From Sphaerodactylus townsendi (taxonomy: Eukaryota): a DNA stretch of 64,000 bases. Numbering within the stretch: position 1 is the first letter of the stretch; each line of letters starts with the position of its first letter. This document shows positions 50,749-63,747 of this stretch, piece by piece. The translations under genes were made by a program, and so were the position numbers. Location of the stretch: NCBI RefSeq assembly GCF_021028975.2, contig NC_059425.1:155372001-155436000 (forward strand), read 5' to 3'. The notes beneath the pieces are model-generated. The model saw only the letters and a list, made by a program, of their open reading frames with translations, searched no databases and had not been told where the DNA came from.

Positions 50749-51442
50749 CTCTAACAGTATCTCCTGCCAGGCAGAACCACATATTAAGCACTCTGTATCT
50801 GTGATTCAGTTTAAAAGCCCTGCCTCATTGCCATATGCTTAAGCTTTCAGACTGAGTCAGGGAACAGTGAAAGCATGGCACCTTCTATCAATATACCAGG
50901 ACTTGCTAAACAGTATGGGTAGCCCCATCCAAGAGTCGGGCACCCAGCTGTGGCCATGCTCAGCGGCTTCCTCCAAAGAGGCTTTCTGGTGGCATGGAGA
51001 GGCTCAAAAAGTTTTTTTAAGCCTTCCTACTGCTGAGAAGCCTCTATGGAACTAAATAGACTTATGCCATCCAAAAGGACAGCACAAGTCTGATTTCTGA
51101 CTGCCATGTAACGCTGTGAATGACCTCACTACACTGGCAGTGGCAGGAGTGCTGGGACGCTGGCTGCACATCTAATACTGCATCACAGCGTCACAGCCTC
51201 AAGGCAGCAGCTGCACACCAGCAACATCACCCTTCCACTGGGGTAAGTGCCCCAGGGAAAGTGAACTCCCAGTGCAGCCGCATACCTCTTCCGCCCGTAG
51301 ATTCACTTCCCTCTGGATGGGACTCTTAATTTAGGAGAGGCTAGCTTTACTTGAAGTTGCAGTAGGTCTTAGTTCATCCTTGCCTTAGATTGTCAAGGCT
51401 TGCACCCCCCCAAAGAAAAGTCCAGAATGGAAAAGGGAATTG

Positions 51443-51628
51443 TATTGTCGAAGGCTTTCACGGCTGGAATCACTGGGGTGCTGTGTGGTTTCCGGGTTGT
51501 ATTGCCGTGTTCTAGCAGCATTCTCTCTTGACATTTCGCCTGCATCTGTGACAGGCATCTTCAGAGGATCTGATGAGAGAATGCTGCTAGAACACGGCCA
51601 TACAGCCCGGAAACCACACAGCACCCCA
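51443..51628 (-). mobile_element. Penelope-type terminal repeat insertion with inverted partial copy
   Basis: About 55-bp inverted repeat (51474-51527 vs 51575-51628). Flanking direct repeat GAAAAGGG(A/C)ATT. Same terminus as 46405. Confidence 0.75.
51526..51568 (-). ncRNA. Minimal type I hammerhead ribozyme motif (PLE-associated, partly mutated)
   Basis: Minus strand reads TCCT-CTGAAGA-T-GCCTGT-CACAGAT-GCAGGC-GAAA-TGTC-AAGA: CUGANGA box, paired stem II, GAAA box, GUC cleavage triplet. Stem I has one mismatch. Confidence 0.65.
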
Positions 51629-54203
51629 GAAAAGGGCATTCTTTCCCATATCCCCCGCCTTCCTCCCTCCTTCCTTAAAATGACCTTACTGTCCTTTTAT
51701 TTACAAAAGGAATACTTTTTTTCCCTATCACTTTAATCCTTTCAGCTTTATGGCTCTAGACAGGGGCATAACAAGGCAGCCCTGGGCAAACTGTAGCCCT
51801 GTGCAAAACCTGAGTTGGCTGCCCCCCCCCCCCCCGCATGGGCGGCCACTCCACCACGACCAATTTTTTTTTGCACCAGGACATTGGTGCCTGCAGGGAG
51901 TGCATTTTAGACATATCAGCACCAAAATGTCAGTATACCATCAGGAGACTGTCCTTATGCTACTCTCCAAGTTTGGTGAGGTTTGGTTCAAGGAGTCCAA
52001 AGTTATGGACTCCCAAAGGGGGTGCCCCATCCCCCATTGTTTCCAATGGGAGCTAATAGGAGATGGGGGCTACAGTTTTGAGGGTCCATAACTTTGGCCC
52101 CGCTGCACCAAACTGCACCAAACCTGGGGGGTATCATCAGGGCAGTCTCCTGAATTCCCCAGATCATCCCCAGATCATCAGGGCAGTCTCCTGAATTCCC
52201 CAGATAAGCCTCCACAGCTCAGGCAGCAGAGCTGGGAATCAAACCCGGTTCCTCCAGATTAGATACACGAGTTCTTAACCTCCTACGCCACTACGCCACA
52301 TAGGAGTTGTATTTTCCCCAAGGGTACTTTAACTCTGGGCATTTTCCTCCCATTTGGTGGGTCCATTTCAGCAACAATATCTCATCAATGCTATTCATCA
52401 CTTTACAGTACAGATGTCTTCCATTTGGGAGGCATTATTTCAGTTGTTGAAATCTCACCTTGCCCCTATAATTTCTTCCTATTCTTGCATTCTGTTTCAG
52501 CATATAAACTCTCCCCTCACATGCACACACAAACAGTTCAGCATAACTTTCCATACAAATTAGAATTCCCAGGTACCTGCCAATGGCGAGCAATCACCTG
52601 GGGATTCCTGCCATTGCCTGCCAATGCACAGCTCTTTGGTGGGAGGAAGCAAGCAGGCTAAAAGGGGTGAGGGACAGCAATCTGTGTCAGTGTACAATGA
52701 TGTCATGGGGAGGAGAGTAAACAATGAGGGAGCCTCAGAAGTTGGAGAGGCTGGGGGTGGGTGAGTGAGCGGTGGCAGTGCTGGAATGTGCAGGTGTAAA
52801 GATGGCCATCTCCAGTGGGGAAGGCTCACTGTGGTGCTGCAAATGCTCCTAGGTCCCAACAAGCAGCACCTTGCCAGGCTGGTGGTGATGGGTGAGGATA
52901 GGGCACAAGAGGAGTGGAATGACACAGAAGGCTCGCTGGAGCATAGGTAGTATGACAGCCCCAGCCAGGTGCTGTCGGACAGTGACAGCACCAACTTCCA
53001 GCTGGCATCTGGGGAGTCAGGGGAAGGGGTGGGGGTGGAAGTGATGTCATTATGCACTGACGGCCACTGCCCCCTGTACTTGCCTCTCAACTTCTGCCTC
53101 CAGGAGGCAACTGGCAGCCGCAATACAAATGTTTCCCCATTACTACAAAAACAAAATATCACACTGGGCACCTTGGTCTTGGGACTCCAAGTGTATCAAA
53201 AACAAAGGCAGATCATCCACAGTGCCCTTACCCACTTCTACCATCTGTGGAACTAGATTTTTCCACTACAGAATTTCAGTTTCATTGCCATTTGTTGGAA
53301 TGTGAATGACCATTTTAATGACTTTTAAACCATATGGATACGTGCAATGATTTGAAAGTAGTCATGTACTGAATTCTCATTTAGAGTTCATCAGATGTGT
53401 GATAAGCCTTTCACCACTACTGGTTGCAGGCGTATAAAATTAAGAACGTTTAGCAGCTCAACTTGTACCTCAAATAATTACTTCAAATTACTTCACATGT
53501 TCGATCAGGATATAATCTACATTTGTTCTATAGACAACCAGTTATTTCTCCATGGGCATTGGTCGAGGTGCCAAGTTTAAAAAGAAAGTTCTGTTTAAAA
53601 TGCTGCTTGCAGTATAGGGTTTATGAGGGGAAAAAAAACCCAGTACCATTTCAACAATGTAGTACCATTAGGTGTGTTTCCAGAAACAAATCGTTAAATA
53701 AATAAATATATATATTTCCAAGTAGCTATTTAATGTTTCATGCCAAATACCCTCAGGAATATGTTTTTCTCCTCCCTTCCACTTTCTTTAGCATCAAGTA
53801 TCTGGCCTTAAGGCCTTTAATAGCTCTCCCTTTTATGAACTGGACTATGAAAACTTGCCCTTAGAGTCCAGCCAAAACCATGTTTTTGTTTTGCACAGCC
53901 TTATTCATACTATTTTGTTTACAGGGATTTCACAAGCTCTCAGTATGGATCCGTAAAGTATTCATTAAAATGGCAATAAACATTAAAAGCATCTTTTATG
54001 ACTGGGTGGGTGGAATGCTATTTGTCCATAATGTCACTCTGAAAAAGCTCCTGCTCCCACAACATTCCACCTAAATTATATATTGCAGTTTGATTATTTC
54101 AGATGCTCTTTTAGGACACTCTTTACTATCTTTGATAAACCAAGAAGAGATTACTGAACGTACAGAGTTTACATGTTGTCAACACAGAATATTTAGAATT
54201 GGG

Positions 54204-54205
<2 letters not shown>

Positions 54206-54240
<35 letters not shown>
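54206..54240 (+). repeat. (GA)n microsatellite
   Basis: Direct reading. Confidence 0.95.
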
Positions 54241-54242
<2 letters not shown>

Positions 54243-56172
54243 TTCTGTGTCTCACTGTGGATGCCCTACTACTAATCCATTTTTACATCTCTGTCGATTT
54301 TTCTGCCCCTTTTATATAGATTTGGAACTTATGAAATAGTCAAATTAGCTTAGTTTTGTTGTTTTTTTAATGGTCAAATTACTTTCCAATTATGATAATG
54401 ATAATGATAATTATGATATAATTCCAACTTCTGCAGTATTTGTCATACATTACTATTTTATAGACACATTTTTCTCCAGTTTATTAGCCAATGATTCAAC
54501 TAGTAAACCATAAACATCAGATTTATTTATTTACTTCATTAATATCCATTTTTTTCTAGATGAAACTCAAGGCAGACTACAAAATCAATTCAAACAAATA
54601 GCAAATACTTTAAATAAACAATGTGGTATGACTACAGTATTGCAGAATTTGGAAACAATGCCAAGAAAAACCTAACAGCTCCATCCAAAGGGGGGGGGGA
54701 TCTGCTTGTGAAAGCAACACACTGCCTGGCCAGTAGATTTATCCTCCCTGGGGCACTTGCCCTGGTGGTGAAGGGGACAGCTGGCATGTGGCTTCCACTG
54801 CTCTCCCTGGCACTGGGACACAATGCTGTGTCCCTGCGCTCCTGCTGCCCTCACTGGTGTAGCGGGGGGAAACTGGGGATATGGCTGGGGAGGAGCCGAC
54901 TTTAGTTGGCTCCCTCTTGGACGTTCATCCCATTACGCTGGTGAACAGGATGGTTGACTTACGCCACCAAAAATGTGACATTAATCTATTCTGCCCAATA
55001 GGGGCTTCCTGATGGTGGGGATGCTTTTTGATTTTTTAAGCCTCCCCACACCGCTGGGAAGCCTCTATCGGAATGACAGGGTGGCACCATGGCTTGCTGC
55101 CCCTAAGTTTGGATGGGACTGTGAGGCAACAAAAATTGTGGGTTGTGATGTTCTGTACCCAGTAGAGTTTGAGAGTTGTTTTCAAGGATAGACCCCTGTA
55201 CAAAATATTACAATAATCTACAGCATGAATCCATATGTCCAGATCAGCCAAGTTATGGCATCTTCTAGACTGAACTAAGCTGTAAAGATGGCATTTTACT
55301 GCTGCGTTAGCTTGCTTCTCCAGCAATAATGCTGGATCCAGTTTAACCCAATGCTCTTAATTTATACAGCCAGGCATTTAAAAATATATTGATACAGTTG
55401 CACAGAAACATGCCAACCTGTCATGTACAATTTTGCTATACAAACTGTCACCATTAGCTCAAGAGTAATGTCCAAAAAGCAAGGGGGAATATTGTATGGA
55501 GCATGATCAAAACTGTAAGAGCTTGAACCCTTCTCTTAGATCCAAGTTGTTTCCATTCAGAATTAATTTTAAAGTTTGTTTTCCTTACTAGTAATTTTGC
55601 TGTTAGTAATTTTAATGAGGACTGTGTGTGCATTTTAGAGTATTCAGTGTGCATTTTAGAATATTTAGTGTTCACAGTGGGATAGAGTTTGCAAACATGC
55701 TCAGGTTTCAAATTGGCTTTTGTGGCTTGAATAAATGTTGAGAAACAGGCAGGGTTTGAAGAATGTTCAAACGGCTGTTGTACTGTGATTATTGTGAATT
55801 GAGACAGCATGGGGTTTATGCTTCCTTCATAATGGTCCAATCAAGGTTTAATGGAAATAAGGTGAGAATGATGCTTAATAGTCATAAAGACTGCTCTGTT
55901 TATGTATCTGTGTGTAATTTTTTACAGTGAAGAGTGTGGGTGTATTGTGTTCCTTTGAAAGTGTTTATACAATAAATTAATCTGAAATATGTGCACCTCC
56001 TGAACTGACTAAATATGCATGTTAATTTGCTACGAACTTCTAAGCAGGCTTTCCTCCATCTGTATGAGATTGATTTGTTGCATTATTTTTTATTCTTCCC
56101 ATGTGAGTGAATCTTTCATCCCCTTGGTTGGGGATTGTGGGATATAAATTTAGTAAAATAAATAGTTTATTC

Positions 56173-56358
56173 CAGTAGTGGGATTCAGCAGGTTCGCACC
56201 ACTTCGGCAGACCCAGTTGTTAAAATGGTGCTTGTAAACAACCAGTTGTTAAATTATTTGAATCCCATCACCAAAACCGGTTGTTAAATTATTTGAATCC
56301 CACCACTATATGCCAATAAAGGCTTGTGTTGTTGTGTTGTTGTTGAATCCCACCACTA
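56173..56358. mobile_element. hAT MITE with a tiny retro-insertion in its right TIR
   Basis: TIRs CAGTAGTGGGATTCA / TGAATCCCACCACTA, exact 8-bp TSD GTTTATTC. Confidence 0.8.
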
Positions 56359-57354
56359 GTTTATTCCCATTCTCAGTAGCTTGTTGGGCTGATTTTTAAA
56401 AATACCTTTTCTTGATTGAGTTATGATCAGTTTTTCCCCGCCTATTAGAGTAGCTTTTTGGAGCAACACAGAGGAATAATACTTTGGAATCCTAGTATAA
56501 CTTCTGAGATACTGAAATATCTTCAAACCTTCAGATTTATTTAAAATGAGTCTCTCAGCAAAGTGCTTTCAGTGTTGAGTAGAAGAGAATAACAAATGAA
56601 CTGAATAACAAGGGTACCTTTTATTGTCCGAATGAAACAGCTATTATCATCTATGATTATGAATCTATATTTGCACATCACTATGAATGTGGCTCAACAG
56701 AAAATGCAGAGTAGTTACCCATACTACAACTTCTGTTGTCACAAAGGTTTTTGGAGGAACAGAGTTAAAAGCTGATAAGTGCTGATGGATAAATTAAAAA
56801 CTTGAGTCTCTGTGAGAAAGGTGTACCATAATAAACAAACAAAAAACTATCAAGTTATCACAGCCACCACTATAAACCTACCTGATCATTCTAGTCATCT
56901 TTGGAGGCCCTGCTTTGACTGCCCCTTCCATCTAAAACTACACGAGTGGTTCACTGAGAAAGTTCTTTCTTGGTTGTAGCACTAAAACTTTGGAACATCC
57001 TCCCTGGGGAGATTTGTTTGTCTCTCTCTATTGTCTTCCACTAGTAAGTGAAAAACTTTTTGTTTGATACACCCTTGGTAACTCTTATTTGCTCTCCTCC
57101 TAGTCTGTGTGTGTTTTTGTGTTAATGTATTTATAATGTGTTTTTTAAAAAATATTATATATTTTTTATTTATGTATTTTATTTCATTGGATTTAATAGA
57201 CCACCGCTCCCCTTTTGGGCATGAGGCAACTCACAACATACATTTTAAAAAATGTGCGTGTTTTAAAATCCTTTTTAAATGTCTGAAATGTTTTAATGTT
57301 CTGATATTTTGTTGTCATATTTGCTACACTGAGGACCCTGAATTGGGTATAATG

Positions 57355-57682
57355 TAGGCTGACCAGACGTCCCGCTTTTGGCGAGACAGTCCCGCCTTAA
57401 AACAATTTGTCCCGTGTCCCGCGGGTTTTTTCAAGTGTCCCGATTTTTGGAAGGCTGCCGCACTGCCTTCTGGGACGCAAGGCAGTGCAGCAGCCTCCCA
57501 CGCACACGGCCGCAGGAGCATGGCCTTCTGGGGCACTCCTGTTTCCCACCCTGTCACAGGGCGAGAAACAAGAGCGCCCCAGAAGGCAGTGCGCTCCTGC
57601 AACTGTGTGCGCATGCGCACGCACGCAGCCGCCCATCTACCCGCCCATCCCGGTTTACAAAGGTGACCATCTGGTCACCTTA
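57355..57682 (-). mobile_element. hAT (Blackjack-like) MITE, copy 2 (longer, inverted relative to 34187-34426)
   Basis: TIRs TAGGCTGACCAGACG / CATCTGGTCACCTTA, exact 8-bp TSD GTATAATG. Confidence 0.88.
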
Positions 57683-57759
57683 GTATAATGGCAACTTAGA
57701 AATGTTTTAAATAAATGAATATTCAAGGATTCTTAAATTCAAAATTGTTGATCTTCTAA

Positions 57760-58556
57760 CAAAGTGTGAAATTGTTGCTAAAATTGGCCTACCTTCCAAG
57801 GAGTTTGAAAGTAGAAAATGTAATGCTAGTTTCTAGTAAGGGATCCAGAAGAGATCCAGAATCTTTCTGAACTGGGTGAGTGGCAGAAACATGGAAATGA
57901 TTTTCAGTATGAATAGGTGTAAGGTGATTTATATTGGAGCAGATAAAAACAAAAACCATCCTTAACTTTAAACATGTAGTGATGGAGTTTGAACTGGTAG
58001 TGACTGATTGGGAAAAAGATATTGGGGCTATGGTGGATAGCCTGATGAAAATGTCAACTTTGTATGACAGCAATAAGAAATGGGAAGCTCCATGCTAAGC
58101 ATTAAGAATAGAATTGCCAGTACAGCTGTGCCTTCATACTCGTGCCTGTTACAACTACAGTTCTGGTCACCAGGATATCGGAGCTGGAAAAAATGAAATA
58201 GATGGATCAAAGTGTTGCAGCATCTTTCTTGTGAGGATGGGCTAAAGCAGCTTGGGAGTTTTTTAGTTCAGAAAAAAAATACATATGATTTGGAAGAAGC
58301 GGGTAAAAAGAAACCTTTCACCCTGTTCCTTCTTATGAGAACTTGGGGATATGCTATGAAACTGATTGGCAGTAGATTTAATATCTGGTGATGTCCACTG
58401 GCTTAAACAGATATAAGAAAAGCTGGGCAAAATAATGGAGGATCAATCTACTGCTATCTTTAATCTTTATGCCCTGCTCGAAGGTTTTGCAGGGACATAT
58501 GATTATTTACCATAACAGAATGCTGAACTAGATGGCTGTTCTTATAGTCTTATGTT
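57760..58556 (+). mobile_element. Degraded CR1 LINE 3' portion
   Basis: EKDIGAMVDSLMKMS-like remnant, CAGTTCTGGTCACC block, and GTTCTTATAGTCTTATG tail. Confidence 0.65.
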
Positions 58557-59898
58557 AGATTTGTGTTAACAGCTTCCGTGTCATAAAAGCATCTATTATT
58601 TAATAGCCTTCTGCTCCATTAATTCTTTCCTGTGGGTGCAGAAATTGATTTTCTCTCTTTTTAGGTATGTGAAGTTTTATGCTCTCTGCCCTTTAGCAAT
58701 CTCATATGATTGTAAAACCCAGCAAAGGCAGTAACTTTCAAATAATTTATTTTGGCAGCATTTGTTTGCCCCTATGTTTTTATTCCATGTCCTTTTTTCA
58801 ACAGATAATAAGCATTATCTTGGTTACAATTCATGCAGCAATTCTAGCCTTGACTGTACCATCCCTGTGAATAAAAACTGAGAATGAAAAAAAGTGTTGT
58901 CATTTGCAGACCTTGACAGTCATATATTCTGTAACCACTTTCATTATATCTTACTGATAGTTGTTATTTCAAACATTTTGGGGGGAAATTGCAGTTGCCA
59001 ACAAAAGTTCCCAGGCCCATTTAAAATGCATGTTGCAGGCTGCCATATTGTTTGAAGGCAAAATCAATTGTTCTTATGGATGTACACTTCATACATCTGG
59101 TGAAGTGAGCTGAGACTTATGGAAGCTTGTACTGGAATAAATCTCAATTGCCACTGGATTTTTGTTTGGGTACACAGGCTACAGTTGTAGCAGCAGCCAC
59201 AAAACAACATTATATTGATACTGAAAGATGATATGTATCAGCCATTTTTACATACCCATACACATCAAATAAAACCATTTGCCTTCATTAATATGTGAGA
59301 AATCCCTTATCTTGAAAAAAAAATTGTAAATAAGGTGACCCCTTTTCTGTTAAGTTACGATGTTGGAATTAATGTGATTTCACTGGAAAGTATATTTGTT
59401 TGTTATAGTTATTTGCTTGCTTATTCCATAAGTGATCAAGAGAACAACAGTGAATCCCTTTTTTTCTTTCAAGTTTAGACCATATTTATTCTAAAAAACG
59501 TATCAAAAGCTTAATTATCAAGCAGACTAGCAGAAAGAAGAAAAAGCAATTAGGTGATATGGCTGGTTTGGAAAGAAGACGTTAGTTTATTCCAAACCCT
59601 AATGTGGATGTTAATAAAGTTTAAGAAGCCACATTTGTCAGTTTAGAAAGAAAAGAAAAGAAATAAGTACCTCACCATTAAAATATTGGCAAAAACTATA
59701 CCAACAATTTGATTCACTTTTACTTGAACATTTTAAATCAAATTGATTTGATCATATGCAAAATATTTCTAGACTTTTAAAAAGGCAAAATTAAGCTACC
59801 CGTGGCAACTCAAATAACTTCCTGCACAAATTACAGTATTTTCCCCCCAGTGTCCCATTGATCTGCGGCATCATGGTCAGCATCAGCTTATATCCTAA

Positions 59899-60016
59899 GG
59901 CTGATTCCACATGGACCAAAACAACAGTGTGAAAACGGTGTGAAAACGGTATAAAGGGTTTATACTGTTTTCACACTGTTTTCACACTGCTGTTTTTGGC
60001 CCATGCGGAATCAGCC
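59899..60016. mobile_element. Palindromic PIF/Harbinger-type MITE (same family as 18737-18876)
   Basis: GGCTGATTCCACATGGACCAAAAC / TTTTTGGCCCATGCGGAATCAGCC, TSD TAA. Confidence 0.85.
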
Positions 60017-61189
60017 TAATAGTGAAATCTGGTGACTAGAACTGTCAATGAGCAAGACAGCTTTCTCTATAGATATGGAAATGGTCTGAGATATGCAGAA
60101 AAAATGTGAAATCTAAAACAAATACATTGGGTGTTTTTGAAAACCCTGAAATGTTAAAAGAAGCTCTGTAGTTTTAAGCAAGTGATTCCTTTAGTGGCTG
60201 TCGCTAAGCACCCACTATCATTTTGCTTTGGTCTTCACTATGGAGAAAGTATGTAATTTTACAAGATTGGGCCAAGGGTATGTTGGCTGTTGGGTGCAAA
60301 GGAGACAGGGTTGCTAAATCTCTATCTGTGAATGTGTAACCAACTCATCTTTGGCTAAACCAGTCTTCTTTGGAGAACTAGGAAAATTTAAAATTTAATG
60401 AAAGGACAGCACCCTGTGGCTGGTCAAACAAATATGAATTTCTTCAACAAATTAACAAACTTCTAATTTAAACACAACAATTTTATATCAATTAGAGATA
60501 AATTATAGTGGATATGTATGTATATATAGCTCAACTGATTATACAAGATCTTCCGTTCCTTTCAAGAAAAGCACTCCAAACAGTTACAATTACTAACAGT
60601 GCCTAGTAGTAAGGAAAGTGAAAAAGTCCAAACAGTTAATGATACAGGACTTCTTTATCCCATCTGTTCTTTTGCATAGGTTGTAGCTGCTAAAGGCCTT
60701 TCTTCAACTGGGCCTGTAAAAAAATAACAATTCCCTCAATTAAGCTGTGAACCTTCCTTCTCTTGGTGCAAGCCGGATCAACTCAGGAGCATAACAAATA
60801 TGGGTTACAAATGGATGAGACAGATCTTTCTACAAACCTGAAAGGGACTCCAACTTTGCAGAAAAATGTGCATTTGGGACTTTTTAAAACTCAAAAGGAT
60901 ATTCAATTGTAACTTTCTGTACATGCGGTCCAGTACTAGCAAAGAAATACAGAACAGAAAGAAAAAAGGCCATTCAGTTGTGTCCACCTTCCCTCAGCAG
61001 CCTCTTGTGAGCCTCAAAAAGGCAATGATGAGAGTTGAGGGACTTATGTGAATGAAAATGCAGCGCTTTGAGGATGGGGATGCAAGAGACATTGCCCCTT
61101 TCTTCCTCATTTATCAGCAGAACTTTTTTGCATTAGCCAAGTCACAAGAGAAGTTCAAGATTTTTGCTTATATGATGCAATGAAACTAT

Positions 61190-61701
61190 GGCCTTTCTGC
61201 ATGGCCAGTTTCTGCATGGCCAGTTTTGCGGGGCTGCATCGGCATGGTTAATGCCGATGGCAGCCCTGGAGCTGTTCACACGAACAGCCCCATGGGTTGT
61301 GCAGCTGGCAGAGCAGGCTCTGCACAGCCCCCCAAATGCCTTCCTACCTTGTCCAGGCGTTCGTCTCTCTGAGGAGGCCAGGGGACACGCCCCCATGGCC
61401 AGTGCGATGGCTGCAGCAACAGAGGCCAGGGGGCGTGTCCCCTGGCCTCCTCAGAGTGCCAGAAGCCTACAAGGTAAGAAGGCATTTGGGGCCGGTGCAG
61501 GGAATACGCCGGCTACAACCTGCTGCCGTTCGCTCGGCAACGGGTGGAAGCCGGCGTATTCTGAAAACCTTGCTCCCTAAGCGAGGTTTGACTACATCGT
61601 TTTGGGAGGAAAAAAGCAGCGCCGCCTGTGTGAACCATCCCCCCCCCAAACTATGTTTCCCCAGGCCGAAATTGGTGATTCCGGCCCGTGCAGAAAGGGC
61701 C
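61190..61701. mobile_element. GC-rich PIF/Harbinger-type non-autonomous element
   Basis: Termini GGCCTTTCTGCA / TGCAGAAAGGGCC, TSD TAT, internal inverted repeats. Confidence 0.8.
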
Positions 61702-63747
61702 TATGATCAGAGTGCTGCATTCTCCTTCACATTACAGCATTGAAATTACATCGTACCATTGCATTTGCCAATTTACCAAATTTTGGATTAATCCATCAGA
61801 TGAGGAAAAGGCAGCCTGCTAAGTTTTATGTGCCTAGAGCTGGTAGGAGAAACTTTACAGCCCCACTTACCCATAAAATGCCTCTTCCTTGTGCCAGAGT
61901 TATACATGGTTCAAGCATTATGTTTCTTGGCCAGGACAAAATTGTAATATGAGCATTGACATGCATTGTTTAATTGCATATATGCAATCTCATGAGTCAT
62001 AAAAGAAAAATGTCTACCTTATTTCTGGTATGTAACTGAATAGATCATGCCATTGCAATAGGTTTGCAGCCTGGCTGCTCCCCGCCCCAATCACTGGGGT
62101 CTGGTAAATAAATATGTTATGGTATGGCACAGGGCCAGTAAATTGAAATAAGTAGGCAAGATGGTTGTGTTAACAATAACAGCCCAGTTGAATGGGGCGG
62201 GGAGCAGTAGAGCAGTGACCAGGGGCAGCACTGCAGCACCACTTCCAAAGGGTAAATTTGTGGTATGGGTGCTGGTGGAAAGAGAGAAAACACTCATCTC
62301 CATGGTTAGACCAGATTTATGCCATGCATTTTGCATGTGTAAGTCAGTACCACTGAAAAGAGGTGTTCTTCAGCTGAAACACCACTGGAAGCTGCCTAAA
62401 GTCAGTTCCTCCCCTGGGAACACCCCGGGAAATCCCCTCTGGATGCCAGAGTAGACCCTAACAGTGTAGCAGTGACGGCATCCAGTCTGATGTCCAGATT
62501 CAGGAGCTGAATTGCTGCCCTGCTCCTCTGTGCTGGCCTAAATGCCTGTTGGCCAGTCTCCATGCTAGTTTGCATGGCACAGTGGATGCTGGCACCAGCC
62601 TAGGAGTCATGCTGAATCCAGTGTAGCTTTAGCCTCTTCCCCCCCCCCCTTTGGATTGCACAGTTGGTAAAATACCAATGATGGAATAATGTATTCACCT
62701 GTTCTAAGTGGGGTGCAAATCCTGGAATGAGCAGGTTCATAGTCCAAGAATCACTGTTTGGTGTTCAAGTGACAGCAATACATTTGGCCAGTTTTGGTCT
62801 GTGAACTGACTGTGGTCCTTCCTTTTGCACAAGGTTTTGGGCATTGTCATCCTTGCCTTGGTATGTTACTGTGATGAGCTCTGTATGGCCAAATCAAGCC
62901 ATTGTTCAAAGAACATTTCTCCTCTTTTAAATGCTACTGTACATAACTTTATTTGGACCCATTGTCCCCACTGTTATATTTTGCTACTTAATTATTAAGT
63001 ATTACATATTTGTAACTATTTTTGTATGGTTTTATCATTTTGAATATTTATGCAGTGTTTGTACTTATGAGTTATTGGTAATTATTAGGCTTTTAAATAA
63101 GGATTTAAAGCTTTTGCTGATAATATGGAATGGTATCAAGTTTTCATTGTTACACAGCATCATAACTGCCTATATGCAATCTAATAAAAAATATGATAGG
63201 TAAATGCATTAAATCCTTTCCCCCTTGCTGTTAACATTGTGGACATTTCTATACACCCTGTTGGCTTTATTATAGTCAAAAATCCAGACCACAAAACTTC
63301 AAAAGATCATCTGCCAAAAATGTGGGCATGATGTAGTCACTGGTAACCACCTGAACTCCCACCAACTTGAATTTCAAAGTACAAGTATGTGCTTTTTCTC
63401 AGTAGAATAAATAGAAATTTAGAATGGTCACCTCTGTGCTCTGGCTCGGATAAAATAAATGTCTTTGAAGCATTTTTCCCCTCCCTTGTTGTATGCGAAC
63501 ATGGATTGCCTTTCAAAATTTATTTTTTCAGACAGTGCCACGATTGTGGATACACTTTCCTTTATCATTTATTTTTTGTGGTCTGACCCTCAAGATATTC
63601 TTCATTCCAGTGATAAGCGTGAATATTGGATTCCTGACAGAACTACTGAGATGTGGTGCTTTTTTTTTTTTTTTGATGTAGACTATTTTGCTCTCTGTGC
63701 CTGGTTCTTCTTTGGTATAAAGTAGCTGTTATTTGTCACACTGACAG

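Noticed and set aside
52560-53171. Longest ORF in the window (203 aa, minus strand)
   Set aside because: Ser/Pro/Leu-rich with no recognisable domain or splice context, in a GC-richer degraded repeat-like tract. Likely a chance ORF.
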